This document shows, in pieces, positions 1-9,978 of a stretch of 45,218 bases of DNA (its first letter is position 1; every line of letters starts with the position of its first letter). The position numbers were made by a program, and so were the translations under genes. Source of the DNA: an uncultured Dehalococcoidaceae bacterium (GTDB taxonomy: Bacteria; Chloroflexota; Dehalococcoidia; Dehalococcoidales; RBG-16-60-22); assembly GCA_964422155.1 (NCBI GenBank), contig CAYQZZ010000011.1:1-45218 (forward strand), given 5' to 3'. Under the pieces are notes generated by a model. That model worked only from the letters and a program-made list of their open reading frames with translations, made no database searches and was not told where the DNA came from.

Positions 1-2
1 GG

Positions 3-86
3 GACGCCTCCCTTGCTAAGGAGCAGGCGATAGCCGAGGCTCAGGAGGCGAGAAAGCTCAAGGCCAAAAAGCAACCACCACAGTAA
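3..86 (+). CDS. 3' end of an upstream CDS running off the window edge (hypothetical protein C-terminus)
   Basis: Open frame 3 from the window edge to TAA at 84-86, translating ...DASLAKEQAIAEAQEARKLKAKKQPPQ*. No start codon inside the window. Confidence 0.3.
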   Translation, partial: DASLAKEQAIAEAQEARKLKAKKQPPQ

Positions 87-121
87 GCTAGAAAGGTAAC
101 AATAGAGAACGGGGACACGAT

Positions 122-429
122 ATGAAGCAGGGTGCTAAATATATTCGCTGGTTTGAAGAGATCAAGATTGGAGATATTCCCATTGTTGGCGGCAAGAATG
201 CCTCTCTGGGAGATTTGATGAACGAGACCCTGGAGTGATGAAGATGATTTCCATGGCTATCTAGGGAGCCAGAAGAAACCACCGCCATATTGGACTCTGC
301 GGTCAGGCGCCGAGCGACTATCCTGAGTTTGCCGAATTTCTGGTGAAAGAAGGAATAAATTCAATGTCTCTCAACCCTGACTCGATAATGAAAGTTACCC
401 TTCAGTTAGTAGATATAGAGAATCCCTGA
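122..429 (+). pseudogene. ppsA: Phosphoenolpyruvate synthase (PEP-utilizing enzyme) remnant: N-terminal about 38 aa joined out of frame to the C-terminal about 54 aa, with the central about 700 codons missing
   Basis: 122-238 encodes MKQGAKYIRWFEEIKIGDIPIVGGKNASLGDLMNETLE*, the canonical PpsA N-terminus (VGGKNASLGEM). 265-429, in another frame, encodes ...[46 protein letters not shown], the canonical PpsA C-terminal TIM-barrel end (GICGQ.PSD....FLVE.GIDS.SLNPD). The two pieces are contiguous and in different frames. Confidence 0.6.
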
Positions 430-827
430 AGTAATGCCTGAAAGAATTGCCAATATTCTCGGGTTTTGCCCTCGGCAGCATCAGCTTTGTCTTTGTTTTC
501 CTGAGACACAATTCGCTCCTTTCACTGTTTAGTCAGTCTACTACCTCTCAGGAGCTTGTGCCACCCGTTTAGACTCTACGGTTTTAGTGGCCCTACTTGT
601 GTCCCATTATCGCTGACGGTCTACAGCGCTTATAGTTGATTAATTTAATAATTGCATAAGGATTAATAGGCCTCTCTGCGATGATATGTAAAATAAAAGG
701 GCAATCTTTGATAACATTTCTCCGATTCCATATTTCTCTTTATTTTCAATACTACTATATCTTGATAGTACTTATGTTGTCTATTTCAGAAAGTGACAAG
801 AAATATAATGATAATGCTTAGATAAGC

Positions 828-2339
828 TTAATCCCAGTTCCCCAAAGCTGCCACACTCTTTCCAGCAAGCCGACCTGAAGCCATCATTTCGCCGGCATTA
901 AGGCCTCCAATGGCGTAGATGTTGCCGCAAATAGACCCCATTTCTCCGGCACTGTATAACCTTGGAATAATCTCCTTATAGGGGTCTAATACCTGCCCGT
1001 AGGCATTACGCCGGGGTCCCCCGCAGGTGTTGATGCCCCCCGGATATAAAACACATGAATAGAAAGGTGGAGTTTCCAGCGGTTTTAAGGATGGTACACC
1101 CCTGCCGAATTCCGGGTCATATCCCTGCTCACAGTAATTGTTGTACTTATTCACAGTCTCTTTGAGGGCAACCGGGTCCATTGTATCGCCGATAAGACGC
1201 CCCAGTTCCTCAATGGTGTCAGCTTTCTTAATCCAACCTTTTTTAATCTCCCGCATGTTGTCATGGCTCCAACCTTCAGGACATCCTCCCAGTTCAGCAG
1301 GGTAGGCTTGAATACCTAGAAGATACCTTTGGTCAGACGCGGAGTTAGCTGAGATAGGCCCCTGTTTCCTTACAGTTTCATCAAAGATTAAATAGGTCGG
1401 AAGGTCGGCATATCCGGGCTCCTCCAGATTATAGTCAGAATGCTTCAACCACCAGTTGTGGCTTAATATACGGATACCCTCATCGGTATATCTCTTACCA
1501 TATTTGTTAACCCAGATACCTCTGCCAAAAACTAACAACCAGGCAGCTTTGTATTCAGGGACCCAGATATTTAAATATCCGACCATAGTATTCATATGCC
1601 AGAGGTCCGCTCCGACACGCTGCGCCATCTTGATACCATCGCCGGTATTATATGGCCAGCCGGAAAACTTTAATGGGAAAGGCCTGAGGTAATTTGCTTT
1701 CATTTCTTCCTCGAATTCAAAACCTCCGGTACACAGGACGACTCCCTTTTTCGCTTTGATAGCTATCTTTTTCCCATTACTCGTTGTATAAACACCCTTT
1801 ATCTCTCTAGTCTCAGCATCTTGAATCAGTTCGGTAGCAGGTGTTGAATACAATACCTCAATACCCCTCTTGTCGAGTTGAATTTTCATCGATGCCAGAA
1901 ATTGAGCACCCCATCCTTTGATAACAACATGGCCGAAGGAATATGCTCCCGGAAATTTAGAATACCCGGCAGAGCTCCCCTTTCTTACGGTATGCTCAAC
2001 TCCCATTGATTTCAGCCAATCCGGATTATTGGCAAGCTCCTTCATGAATATCAGGCAATCTTCCATCGGTACTACTGAAATCTTCGATGCTCTATCTGCA
2101 TCCTGTAGTCCATTCGAGCTTGCAGCGTATAGATATTCCGCGGCGCCTTCAGGATTAGTAGCAAAAGCCGCCCCGACGCCTGACGTCCGGGTCTGACCTC
2201 CTCCCGGGAAAGGCGCTTTTTCCAGTATTATCACACTGGCGCCATTATCATAGGCTGTAATAGCAGTTGAAATACCGGCGCCACCATAGCCCGCAACGAC
2301 CACGTCATACTCTTTGTCCCATTTCTTTTCTTCTCTCAT
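828..2339 (-). CDS. FAD-dependent oxidoreductase (FAD_binding_2 family; fumarate reductase/succinate dehydrogenase flavoprotein-like or 3-oxosteroid 1-dehydrogenase-like)
   Basis: 503-aa ORF. N-terminal dinucleotide-binding motif VVVAGYGGAGISTAITAYDNGASVIILEK. C-terminal flavoprotein signature (RLYSAGE...GGLNAGEMMASGRLAG). AAGAGG RBS upstream of the ATG. Confidence 0.85.
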   Translation of the reverse strand: MREEKKWDKEYDVVVAGYGGAGISTAITAYDNGASVIILEKAPFPGGGQTRTSGVGAAFATNPEGAAEYLYAASSNGLQDADRASKISVVPMEDCLIFMKELANNPDWLKSMGVEHTVRKGSSAGYSKFPGAYSFGHVVIKGWGAQFLASMKIQLDKRGIEVLYSTPATELIQDAETREIKGVYTTSNGKKIAIKAKKGVVLCTGGFEFEEEMKANYLRPFPLKFSGWPYNTGDGIKMAQRVGADLWHMNTMVGYLNIWVPEYKAAWLLVFGRGIWVNKYGKRYTDEGIRILSHNWWLKHSDYNLEEPGYADLPTYLIFDETVRKQGPISANSASDQRYLLGIQAYPAELGGCPEGWSHDNMREIKKGWIKKADTIEELGRLIGDTMDPVALKETVNKYNNYCEQGYDPEFGRGVPSLKPLETPPFYSCVLYPGGINTCGGPRRNAYGQVLDPYKEIIPRLYSAGEMGSICGNIYAIGGLNAGEMMASGRLAGKSVAALGNWD

Positions 2340-2761
2340 TTCGACCTCTTTTTGTCTTACACGAACGGATTATTATAAGGTTCCTATTCTTTCATTGACC
2401 GTATTATATCCAGGCAAAGGTTATAGAAAAGCTGCTGGTCGATAGAATACAGCAGTATCCTGGTGCCTCTGCCTATAGTGTTTTTATTTTATTACAAATT
2501 ACGCGTCTAGTAAATTAGCTCTTTTTCTCAGTCTTAAACCGGGGTAGTCTCTGGAGCTTCTCGGCTGGCAAGAATCGAGGAAATTATGAAGGACCCGGAA
2601 TTACGATAGAAGACAGAGGAGATAAAGCGCAATAGACAAATTGACAAAATTTATACGACAATAAATAATGAGTTTATTATAATGAATAAGATATTCAGCA
2701 AGTAAAGGATTTTACAGGATGCAGATAAAAAAGTAATCGCAGTCCAATCCATTCGTCTGCT

Positions 2762-2860
2762 CCCGGTCTGGCCATCATGCTGGTGGTATTTGCTTTCAAT
2801 CTGGTGGGCGATGGGTTAAGGGATGCCCTTGACCCCAGGTTAAGGGGCTTTCTCTAATAA
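2762..2860 (+). pseudogene. Orphan C-terminal fragment of an ABC (Dpp/Opp-type) transporter permease
   Basis: Translates to [31 protein letters not shown], the conserved C-terminal end of DppC/OppC-type permeases. No upstream coding continuation: an in-frame stop lies about 36 nt upstream. It sits in an AT-rich intergenic region. Confidence 0.45.
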
Positions 2861-2927
2861 TCGACGAAAAGTGATATAGTGTCAAATAATGATATAGAAT
2901 TAAATAAACAATTTAAGGAGGCTGTCT

Positions 2928-3710
2928 TTGTTACTTACCAATAGAGTTGCTATTATTACCGGAGGTGCCAAAGGAATCGGGAGAGGTATTGCCCTTAGGT
3001 TTGCCCAGGAGGGTTGTGACGTCGTCGTCAATGCCTTGCACATCGAAGGCGCCAAGAAAGTTGCGGAGGAAGTCAAGGCTCTGGGGCGCAAGTCCCTGGC
3101 GATTGGGGCTGATGTTTCAAATAGCGCCCAGGTAAACGATATGGTGGCCCGGACGATTAAAGAATTCGGCAAAATTGATATCCTGGTCAATAACGCGGGC
3201 GGGATTTCTGCAGCGAAAGGAGGGGCAATTGAGAATACAACCGAAGAGGATTGGGATAGGATTGTCGACATTAACCTGAAAGGTCAGTTTTTATGCTGCC
3301 GGGCAGTCGTACCCTATATGAAAGAAAAAAAGTACGGTAAAATCGTAAATGTCTCTTCAATGGGCGCCGTCCATCCACCCGCACCCATCGTTCATTATCA
3401 TTCGGCTAAAGGAGGGGTCATTGCGTTAACAGCTAACCTGGCTTTTGAACTGGCTCGCTTTAATATCACGGTGAATGCTTTCCTGCCGGGTCCGATACGT
3501 TCAGAATTTTTTACCGGGATTCTGAAGGGAATGTCAGAGGAAGAAGGAAAAGCCTTTTTCACCATGCTGGATAAGAGAGTCCCGATGCAGAGAATGGGTA
3601 CGCCGGAGGACATGGCCGGAGTGGCTCTATTTCTGGCATCGGAGCTTTCATCTTACGTTACCGGTGAAGCAATATGCGCCGGCGGAGGATTACCTCTGAC
3701 ACCCGACTAG
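2928..3710 (+). CDS. SDR family oxidoreductase (FabG-like short-chain dehydrogenase)
   Basis: 260 aa. TGGAKGIGRGIA Rossmann motif, NNAG motif and YxxxK (YHSAK). TTG start with AGGAGG RBS 7 nt upstream. Paralog of 32378-33184. Confidence 0.9.
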   Translation: MLLTNRVAIITGGAKGIGRGIALRFAQEGCDVVVNALHIEGAKKVAEEVKALGRKSLAIGADVSNSAQVNDMVARTIKEFGKIDILVNNAGGISAAKGGAIENTTEEDWDRIVDINLKGQFLCCRAVVPYMKEKKYGKIVNVSSMGAVHPPAPIVHYHSAKGGVIALTANLAFELARFNITVNAFLPGPIRSEFFTGILKGMSEEEGKAFFTMLDKRVPMQRMGTPEDMAGVALFLASELSSYVTGEAICAGGGLPLTPD

Positions 3711-3796
3711 GCATTTTTACAATAAATATATGCAACTATTACTCATTTGATAAACACAGTCTTAAATTGTCGTAATATTTTTCCAAGGAGTGAAAC

Positions 3797-5632
3797 ATGG
3801 CTAGAGGCTATATGGGGAAGATACTAAACGTAGATTTATCCAGACTTGAGATAAGGGATGAGACACTGGATGAGAAGATACTCTATGATTTTATCGGGGG
3901 CTATGGCGTTGGCGCCAGGCTTCTTTACAGTCGGCAGAGGGGTGGCGTAGACCCCCTGGGACCGGAAAATATGCTTGGTTTTTTAACCGGCCCGCTCACC
4001 GGTACTGCCTCAACTTTTGCCGGCCGGTACACGGTGGTGGCAAAATCACCGATCACGGGCGGGTGGGGGGATTCCAACGGGGGGGGGGATTTCGCACCTC
4101 AGATAAAATTTGCCGGCTATGACGCTGTCTTCTTCACAGGGATAGCGGAAAAACCTGTCTATCTATTTATCGATAACGGTAAGGCTGAGCTAAGAGACGC
4201 CGGTCATTTATGGGGAAAGGACTGCTTTGTAACCGAAGATACGCTGCGGGCTGAACTGGGTGAAGATGTGGAAAGCGCCTGCATCGGACCGCCCGGTGAA
4301 AAACTTGCCCTCATTTCCTGCATTGTCACCAAGAGAGGGGCTGTTGCCGGGCGCTCGGGACTGGGGGCGGTGATGGGTTCTAAAAAGCTCAAGGCGGTGG
4401 CAGCCAGGGGGCAGATGGAAGTCCCTGTGGCCGACATCGAGGCGGTAAATCAATTAAGAAAAGAACATATCGCCGCAATGAGGAAATCTAGCGGTGGCAT
4501 GGAGACTTTAGAGGGATTTCACAAGTACGGCACCTCTCATGTTGCCGAAGGCTTTGCGCATAGCGGCAATACGCCGGTTAAAAACTGGGGCGGCGTCGGC
4601 GTTATCGACTTCCCCGATAGCTCCGGCCTCAGCGGTGATGCGGCTATCGCCAACCTTGAAAGGAGAACAGGCTGCTGGCACTGCCCGGTAGGCTGTGAAG
4701 GCAGGCTTAAAGAAGGAAAGGGCAAGTACAAATACCCGGCCGGCACCCGCCGTGTAGAATATGAGACCCAGGCTGCCTTTGGAACGATGTGTCTTAACAA
4801 TAATACGGAATCAATAAATATGATAAACCACTTATGTAACTGCTATGGACTGGATACTATCTCCGGTGGCACTACCATCGCCTTCGCCATCGAGTGCTAT
4901 GAGAATGGAATTATCACCAAGAAGGACACCGATGGGATTGAGCTTACCTGGGGCAATCATCAAGCCATCGTCGCCATGACGGAAAAAATGGTGAAGGGAG
5001 AAGGCTTCGGCGCCGTACTCGCCAATGGTGTTAAGGCAGCCGCCGAGAAAATCGGCAAGGGAGCCAAAAAGTACGCGGTACATATCGGCGGGCAGGAACT
5101 TGGCATGCATGACCCGAAGTTTTACAATTTCCCCGAAGCGACATCCGCGGCGCGCTATCAGATGGATGCAACCCCCGGGCGCCACACTCAAATGAATTTC
5201 GGGCCTGCCAGCTTCGCCATGCAACTTACCAATGCCACCGGTTGGTGCATGTTTAGCGACCTGGTTGGGGGTAACTCCGTCAAATACATCACGGGATTCA
5301 TGAAAGCTGTGACCGGTTGGGACCGTTCCGAGGATGAGCTGCTCAAGGCGGGGGAGAGGATTATCAATATGCGTCATGTCTTTAACCTGCGCGAAGGAAT
5401 CAATCCCCTGGAGTATAAGGTACACCCCAGGATAATCGGTCGCTCTCCACTTAAAGAGGGACCGCTGGCGGGCGCCACTGCGAGTATTGAAGCTCAGATA
5501 TACTGGGGTCTCGGCGCTCTGGACTGGAACCGGGTCACCACCAAACCCAGCCGGAAAAAGTTGCTGGAACTGGGCCTGGACGATGTCGCCAAAGAACTGT
5601 GGCCGGAGGGGCAATTCCCCGGACCGAGATAA
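3797..5632 (+). CDS. Aldehyde:ferredoxin oxidoreductase family (tungstopterin AOR)
   Basis: 611 aa, the typical AOR length. AOR N-terminal domain (ILNVDLS...IGGYGVGARLLY). Cys cluster CWHCPVGC matching the AOR 4Fe-4S ligand spacing. AAGGAG RBS. Confidence 0.85.
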   Translation: MARGYMGKILNVDLSRLEIRDETLDEKILYDFIGGYGVGARLLYSRQRGGVDPLGPENMLGFLTGPLTGTASTFAGRYTVVAKSPITGGWGDSNGGGDFAPQIKFAGYDAVFFTGIAEKPVYLFIDNGKAELRDAGHLWGKDCFVTEDTLRAELGEDVESACIGPPGEKLALISCIVTKRGAVAGRSGLGAVMGSKKLKAVAARGQMEVPVADIEAVNQLRKEHIAAMRKSSGGMETLEGFHKYGTSHVAEGFAHSGNTPVKNWGGVGVIDFPDSSGLSGDAAIANLERRTGCWHCPVGCEGRLKEGKGKYKYPAGTRRVEYETQAAFGTMCLNNNTESINMINHLCNCYGLDTISGGTTIAFAIECYENGIITKKDTDGIELTWGNHQAIVAMTEKMVKGEGFGAVLANGVKAAAEKIGKGAKKYAVHIGGQELGMHDPKFYNFPEATSAARYQMDATPGRHTQMNFGPASFAMQLTNATGWCMFSDLVGGNSVKYITGFMKAVTGWDRSEDELLKAGERIINMRHVFNLREGINPLEYKVHPRIIGRSPLKEGPLAGATASIEAQIYWGLGALDWNRVTTKPSRKKLLELGLDDVAKELWPEGQFPGPR

Positions 5633-5700
5633 CCCGGCTGATATAACGCGGGACCTCTGGCCTTAAAATGCTATTTTATATAAGGAGGTTTTAACATATT

Positions 5701-6537
5701 ATGAGTAGCCTTACAGGCAAGGTCGCTTTTATTACCGGCGCCGCCAGCAAGAGGGGCATGGGACATGCCATCGCCCTGCGACTGGCTAAAGAGGGGGCTG
5801 ATGTAGCCGTTACTGACAAGTTTGCCGCCCCCAAAAGCCTTTTCCCCGGAGATGAGGGATGGAGCGGATTAGACGCTATCGTCGCTGAAATCGAGGCCCT
5901 GGGCAGGAAATCCCTGGCAGCGACGATGGATATCAACGTCAGTCAGGAGATTGAAGCGGCCGTAGCCAAAGCAATAAAAAAACTCGGGAAGATAGACATA
6001 CTGGTGCACGCTGCTGCCATTCGAGGACCGGTGGGGGTCCCTGTCGTTGACCTTGCGGAGAAAGATATAAGAGCTATCATTGACGTTGACCTGGTCGGCT
6101 CCTTTCTGGTTACCAAAGCGGTCGCTAGGACTATGATAGCCAGGGGAGAAGGCGGTAAGATTGTTATCATCTGCTCAACCGCCGGACTAAAAGGTGTACC
6201 GGGCAGCGCCGCCTATGGCGCGGCCAAATGGGGTACCATCGGGCTGACGAAAAGCCTGGCCCTGGAGCTGGCGAAGTACAAAATAAATGTCAACGGCATT
6301 AACCCGGGTATGTTTGTTACAAACCTGAGAGACGATTCCTTTGCTAAAATGGCGGAGGCTGAGGGCATCACCTGGGAAGAAGCCAGAAAGAAGGACCAGG
6401 GGGCGTTGGCTAAAATGATACCATGGGGTCGGCTCGGCACGGCTGAAGAAATCGCTGACCTGGCCTATTTCCTGGTCTCTGACCAGTCCGGATACATGAC
6501 CGGAGAAGTAATCGTCCTCGGTGGCGGCGTAACTTAA
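5701..6537 (+). CDS. SDR family oxidoreductase
   Basis: 278 aa. ITGAASKRGMGHAIA glycine-rich motif and YGAAK catalytic motif. GGAGG RBS. Confidence 0.9.
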   Translation: MSSLTGKVAFITGAASKRGMGHAIALRLAKEGADVAVTDKFAAPKSLFPGDEGWSGLDAIVAEIEALGRKSLAATMDINVSQEIEAAVAKAIKKLGKIDILVHAAAIRGPVGVPVVDLAEKDIRAIIDVDLVGSFLVTKAVARTMIARGEGGKIVIICSTAGLKGVPGSAAYGAAKWGTIGLTKSLALELAKYKINVNGINPGMFVTNLRDDSFAKMAEAEGITWEEARKKDQGALAKMIPWGRLGTAEEIADLAYFLVSDQSGYMTGEVIVLGGGVT

Positions 6538-6596
6538 AGGGGGAAAGGGAGAGTTGTCAGTTATCAGTTGTAAGTTATCAGTTTGCAGTCGGGAAA

Positions 6597-7304
6597 ATGG
6601 ACTACACAATAGATAAAAAGTATTACGTAATGCGGAAACCTGAACTCCTCAGGAAATTCGACGAAGAGTCGAAAAACTGGAGTTCGGTCGTTGTCAGGCA
6701 ATACGGGCAAAAGTTTGCAGATACGATATTGCATGAAGCCCGTAAGGAGTTCGAGGCTTTAATTCCTCAAATACCTTATATCGGCGGGGATGAAAACCGT
6801 CGGACCGATTCGCTGGTGGAGTCGATAAGATACCTGGCATTCTATCAGGCCATGAAAAAACTAAGCAAAACGGCGGAGGAAACGGGCAAAATACTCTACG
6901 ACGCCATCCTGACGCAGGTTGATAAACAACGGTCGGAAATTCCGCCATCGGAAAGGCAAACCCCGGAGAAGTATATGGAGAAGCGTAGAAAAGGGGCGGA
7001 TGTATCTCAAGAACGGCGTTATCCTGGAGACTACGTATATAAATTTATTGTCGGTGACGGCAAGGAGTTTGACTACGGCTATGACTATACTGAATGCGCC
7101 ACCCTGAAATTCTATCATGCCCGCGGTGCCGACGAGTTCATGCCTTTTTACTGCTATCTCGATTTTCCCATATGTAGAGTACGAGAGATTGGACTAACCA
7201 GGACGATGACGATATCTGAAGGTCAAAAGAAATGCAACCACCGTTTCAAGATAGGCAGAGAAACGAAGCTAGAGTGGCCGCCGCCATTTTTAAAGAGAAA
7301 ATGA
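6597..7304 (+). CDS. Hypothetical protein (conserved DUF-like, possibly L-2-amino-thiazoline-4-carboxylate hydrolase-like family; unverified)
   Basis: 235-aa ORF inside the plus-strand operon, 59 nt after the upstream gene. Coding-like composition. Family assignment is from memory only. Confidence 0.55.
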   Translation: MDYTIDKKYYVMRKPELLRKFDEESKNWSSVVVRQYGQKFADTILHEARKEFEALIPQIPYIGGDENRRTDSLVESIRYLAFYQAMKKLSKTAEETGKILYDAILTQVDKQRSEIPPSERQTPEKYMEKRRKGADVSQERRYPGDYVYKFIVGDGKEFDYGYDYTECATLKFYHARGADEFMPFYCYLDFPICRVREIGLTRTMTISEGQKKCNHRFKIGRETKLEWPPPFLKRK

Positions 7305-7345
7305 TGTCTCTTCAAACTATCTGAAGGAACAGGGGGCGCGAGCAT

Positions 7346-8725
7346 ATGACTGCGATAAATGATTTTGTGAAAAACTTTACCAGTACCAGGTATGAAGATT
7401 TACCCGGTGACGCCGTAGAAGCGGCTAAAAAGGAAGTCCTGGACAGCCTGGCGACAGCCCTGGGCGGTTCGTCAAAGGCCGGGGTCGGGGAGCTGGTGGA
7501 CATGGTCAAGGAGTGGGGAGGCAGTGAGCAAAGCACTATCATCGCCTACGGGATTAAGTGCCCGGCACCCAATGCGGCTCAGGTCAACGGGACGATGATA
7601 CATGCCCTGGACTATGACGATGGTCACCAGGTAGCCCTAGTTCATATCGGGTGTGTGGCCGTGTCAACCTCTTTTGCGGTTGCTGAACGGATGGGAAAGG
7701 TAAGCGGTAAAGAATTAATCGCCGCTATCGCCCTTGGCGGTGACTTCATGGCCAGGCTGGGACTGGCGAGCCGACCGGGCACCAGCGCTCTAGGATCCGG
7801 CTGGCACCCTACAACTTTATTCGGTTTCCTGGGCGCCGCCGCCATGGCCGGGAGGATAATGGGGCTTGACGAAGAAAAGATGATTAATGCGATAGGTCTC
7901 GCTTACCATCAATGCGGGGGAGCCGGTTCCGGCGTGGGCGATGGCGCACTGGCGAAAAGGATGGGGCCGGGACTGGCGGCGAAGGCTGGCATCACGGCTG
8001 CCCTGATGGCCGAAAGGGGGATTACCGGTGAGAGGAACTCTCTCGAAGGGAGAACCGGGCTCTTCAACACATATATGGGAGGAGATTACGATGTTAAAAT
8101 ACTAACCGCGGATTTGGGGAAAAGATTTGAGGGAGTAAACATAGGGGATAAGCCGTATCCCTGCTGCGGGCTCACCCACGCATGTATAGACGCAGCACTC
8201 GCTTTGATAGCCAGACATGATATTAAAGTTGACCAGATACGAGATATTACAGTGTATGGTGGACAGTCGGTATACGGTTTATGCCAGCCCCCGGAGGTAA
8301 AGCGTGCCCCGCGGACGATTATCGATGCGCAGTTCAGCGTACCCTGGGTGGTGGCTACGGCTCTGGTCAAGGGTAAGGTCACCGTGGACGACTTTACCGA
8401 TGAAGCTATTAAAAGGCAGGAGATTCTAAAAGTTGCCGGGAAAGTAACCGGCAGGCTTGAACCGGCGATGAGCCGGCATGGCGTCGGGCCGGGCGGGGTA
8501 ATAATTACGATGAAAGACGGTACGGAGTACATGGAGGAGGTGGAACACTGCCTGGGCAGCGTGGAAAGGCCGATGACCTTTGAAGACTGCGCTGAAAAAT
8601 TCCGGGAGTGCGCCGCCTGCTCTATAAAACCGCTGTCCGCCGACACGGTCGATAAGGTTATCGAAATGGTCGCGCGGCTCGAGAAATTAAATGACGCCAA
8701 CGAAATCATCAGACTGCTCTGTTAA
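7346..8725 (+). CDS. MmgE/PrpD family protein (2-methylcitrate dehydratase-like)
   Basis: 459 aa. N-terminal region typical of MmgE/PrpD (FVKNFTSTRYEDLPGDAVEAAKKEVLDSLATALGGS). Length fits the family. Confidence 0.85.
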   Translation: MTAINDFVKNFTSTRYEDLPGDAVEAAKKEVLDSLATALGGSSKAGVGELVDMVKEWGGSEQSTIIAYGIKCPAPNAAQVNGTMIHALDYDDGHQVALVHIGCVAVSTSFAVAERMGKVSGKELIAAIALGGDFMARLGLASRPGTSALGSGWHPTTLFGFLGAAAMAGRIMGLDEEKMINAIGLAYHQCGGAGSGVGDGALAKRMGPGLAAKAGITAALMAERGITGERNSLEGRTGLFNTYMGGDYDVKILTADLGKRFEGVNIGDKPYPCCGLTHACIDAALALIARHDIKVDQIRDITVYGGQSVYGLCQPPEVKRAPRTIIDAQFSVPWVVATALVKGKVTVDDFTDEAIKRQEILKVAGKVTGRLEPAMSRHGVGPGGVIITMKDGTEYMEEVEHCLGSVERPMTFEDCAEKFRECAACSIKPLSADTVDKVIEMVARLEKLNDANEIIRLLC

Positions 8726-8750
8726 TATTTAAGCACGAGAGGAGGATGCA

Positions 8751-9449
8751 ATGGTCACTAAAAAGGAAAGAAATATAGAGGTTAAAGAAATTCTATATTT
8801 CGAAAAACCGGCGGGCAGGTCAAACACCAACAAGATGTTAGAGTTTATCACCGGGAAGATAGAAACCCTGGGACTACATCAAGTGATGATAGCCTGGTCC
8901 AGCGGGTATACACTGAGGAAATTCCTTGAAGCGACTAAAAATCTAAAGCTCAAACTCGATATTACGACGGTGACCAATCCCAAGGGAGGGACCATCGGCG
9001 GAAGGAATGTGTCTATCGACGATGAAACCCGGGAGGAACTCGAGGAAAAAGGTATAAAAGTCTGCTATCTCAATGACGACATGAGACTCGGCGAACCCAT
9101 GTCTCCATCCCCCGGGCAGAAGCTCATGAGAGACATGCTGCTTCCCTGGCTGCCGGCACATATTGACCCTTTAAGTCTCGATGTTGGGTGGGACCTGTCC
9201 CTCTTGCTCATAATAAGCCAGGGATTCCGTGTCTGTGTGGGGTGTCTGGCGCTTGCCGTAAAACATGGCCTAATCCCCGAGGGTGAGAGGGTGCTGTGTC
9301 TTGCCGGGTCAGCTACGGCGTGCGTCATGCAGGCCAGCGCATCCCCCCGAACGTGCTATGTTAAAGAAATTCTCAGCTATGAACGGAACTCTGATTGGTC
9401 ACAGATGAACCAATCAAGTTTGAAAAGAATGGTAGCCATAACAAAATAG
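8751..9449 (+). CDS. Hypothetical protein, last gene of the AOR/PrpD operon
   Basis: 232 aa. GAGGAGG RBS. 25 nt downstream of the PrpD-like gene. No family recognised. Confidence 0.6.
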   Translation: MVTKKERNIEVKEILYFEKPAGRSNTNKMLEFITGKIETLGLHQVMIAWSSGYTLRKFLEATKNLKLKLDITTVTNPKGGTIGGRNVSIDDETREELEEKGIKVCYLNDDMRLGEPMSPSPGQKLMRDMLLPWLPAHIDPLSLDVGWDLSLLLIISQGFRVCVGCLALAVKHGLIPEGERVLCLAGSATACVMQASASPRTCYVKEILSYERNSDWSQMNQSSLKRMVAITK

Positions 9450-9844
9450 TTTATTCCTTAAATAACACCGCCGGGATGTAGTCAACCACCAGGGGAGCTG
9501 GCTCCGTTAAAAAATAATCTGACCATTCCCATCCTCATCCCCGACTACGCCCTTTGCGCCGCCACAATAATACGGCATCTGGTTTGGTACCGGCATTACC
9601 GAGTTGACCAAAGCGTATTCCACCCATAAATTCAGCCAAAGTGGCATAATGTAACAACATACTAGATTGTGCAGTCAGGCTAAACAACATGCAAGAATGT
9701 TAAATTACAGCCTCTAATGAATTTCTGTTCATTAATCCACTAAAGGACTCTTTCTCGCCCTATCCAGCTACTAATCGGATAATAAAGACACTTTTGTTTA
9801 TAGTGCTATTCCTTAATCTAAAGAAGACTCGTGCATTGACAAAT

Positions 9845-9868
9845 TAGTATATATCAGGTATACTATTG
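9845..9868. promoter_or_regulatory. Inverted repeat AGTATAtatcaggTATACT, candidate MarR operator/promoter region
   Basis: Perfect 6-bp arms flanking a 7-bp spacer in the AT-rich region about 110 nt upstream of the MarR start. MarR regulators bind palindromes overlapping their own promoters. Confidence 0.25.
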
Positions 9869-9978
9869 ATATTATATAAAGTACCGGTTATAGATTTGAT
9901 TAATATTCTGCCCTGAAGAAACCAGTCTATGTCCGGGTGTAATTTTCCATTAAATAAGCGTGATAGGATTTAAGGGAT

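Noticed and set aside
88-288. 66-aa minus-strand ORF across the ppsA remnant
   Set aside because: It overlaps the recognisable PpsA N- and C-terminal fragments on the plus strand, has no RBS, and is probably spurious.
4832-5614. 260-aa minus-strand ORF inside the AOR gene, and similar antisense ORFs at 11118-11912, 8086-8709, 33911-34714, 35037-35570, 37447-38121 and 39594-39974
   Set aside because: All lie antisense within genes that have clear family signatures on the other strand. They lack RBSs and have low-complexity or odd composition. They are typical shadow ORFs.
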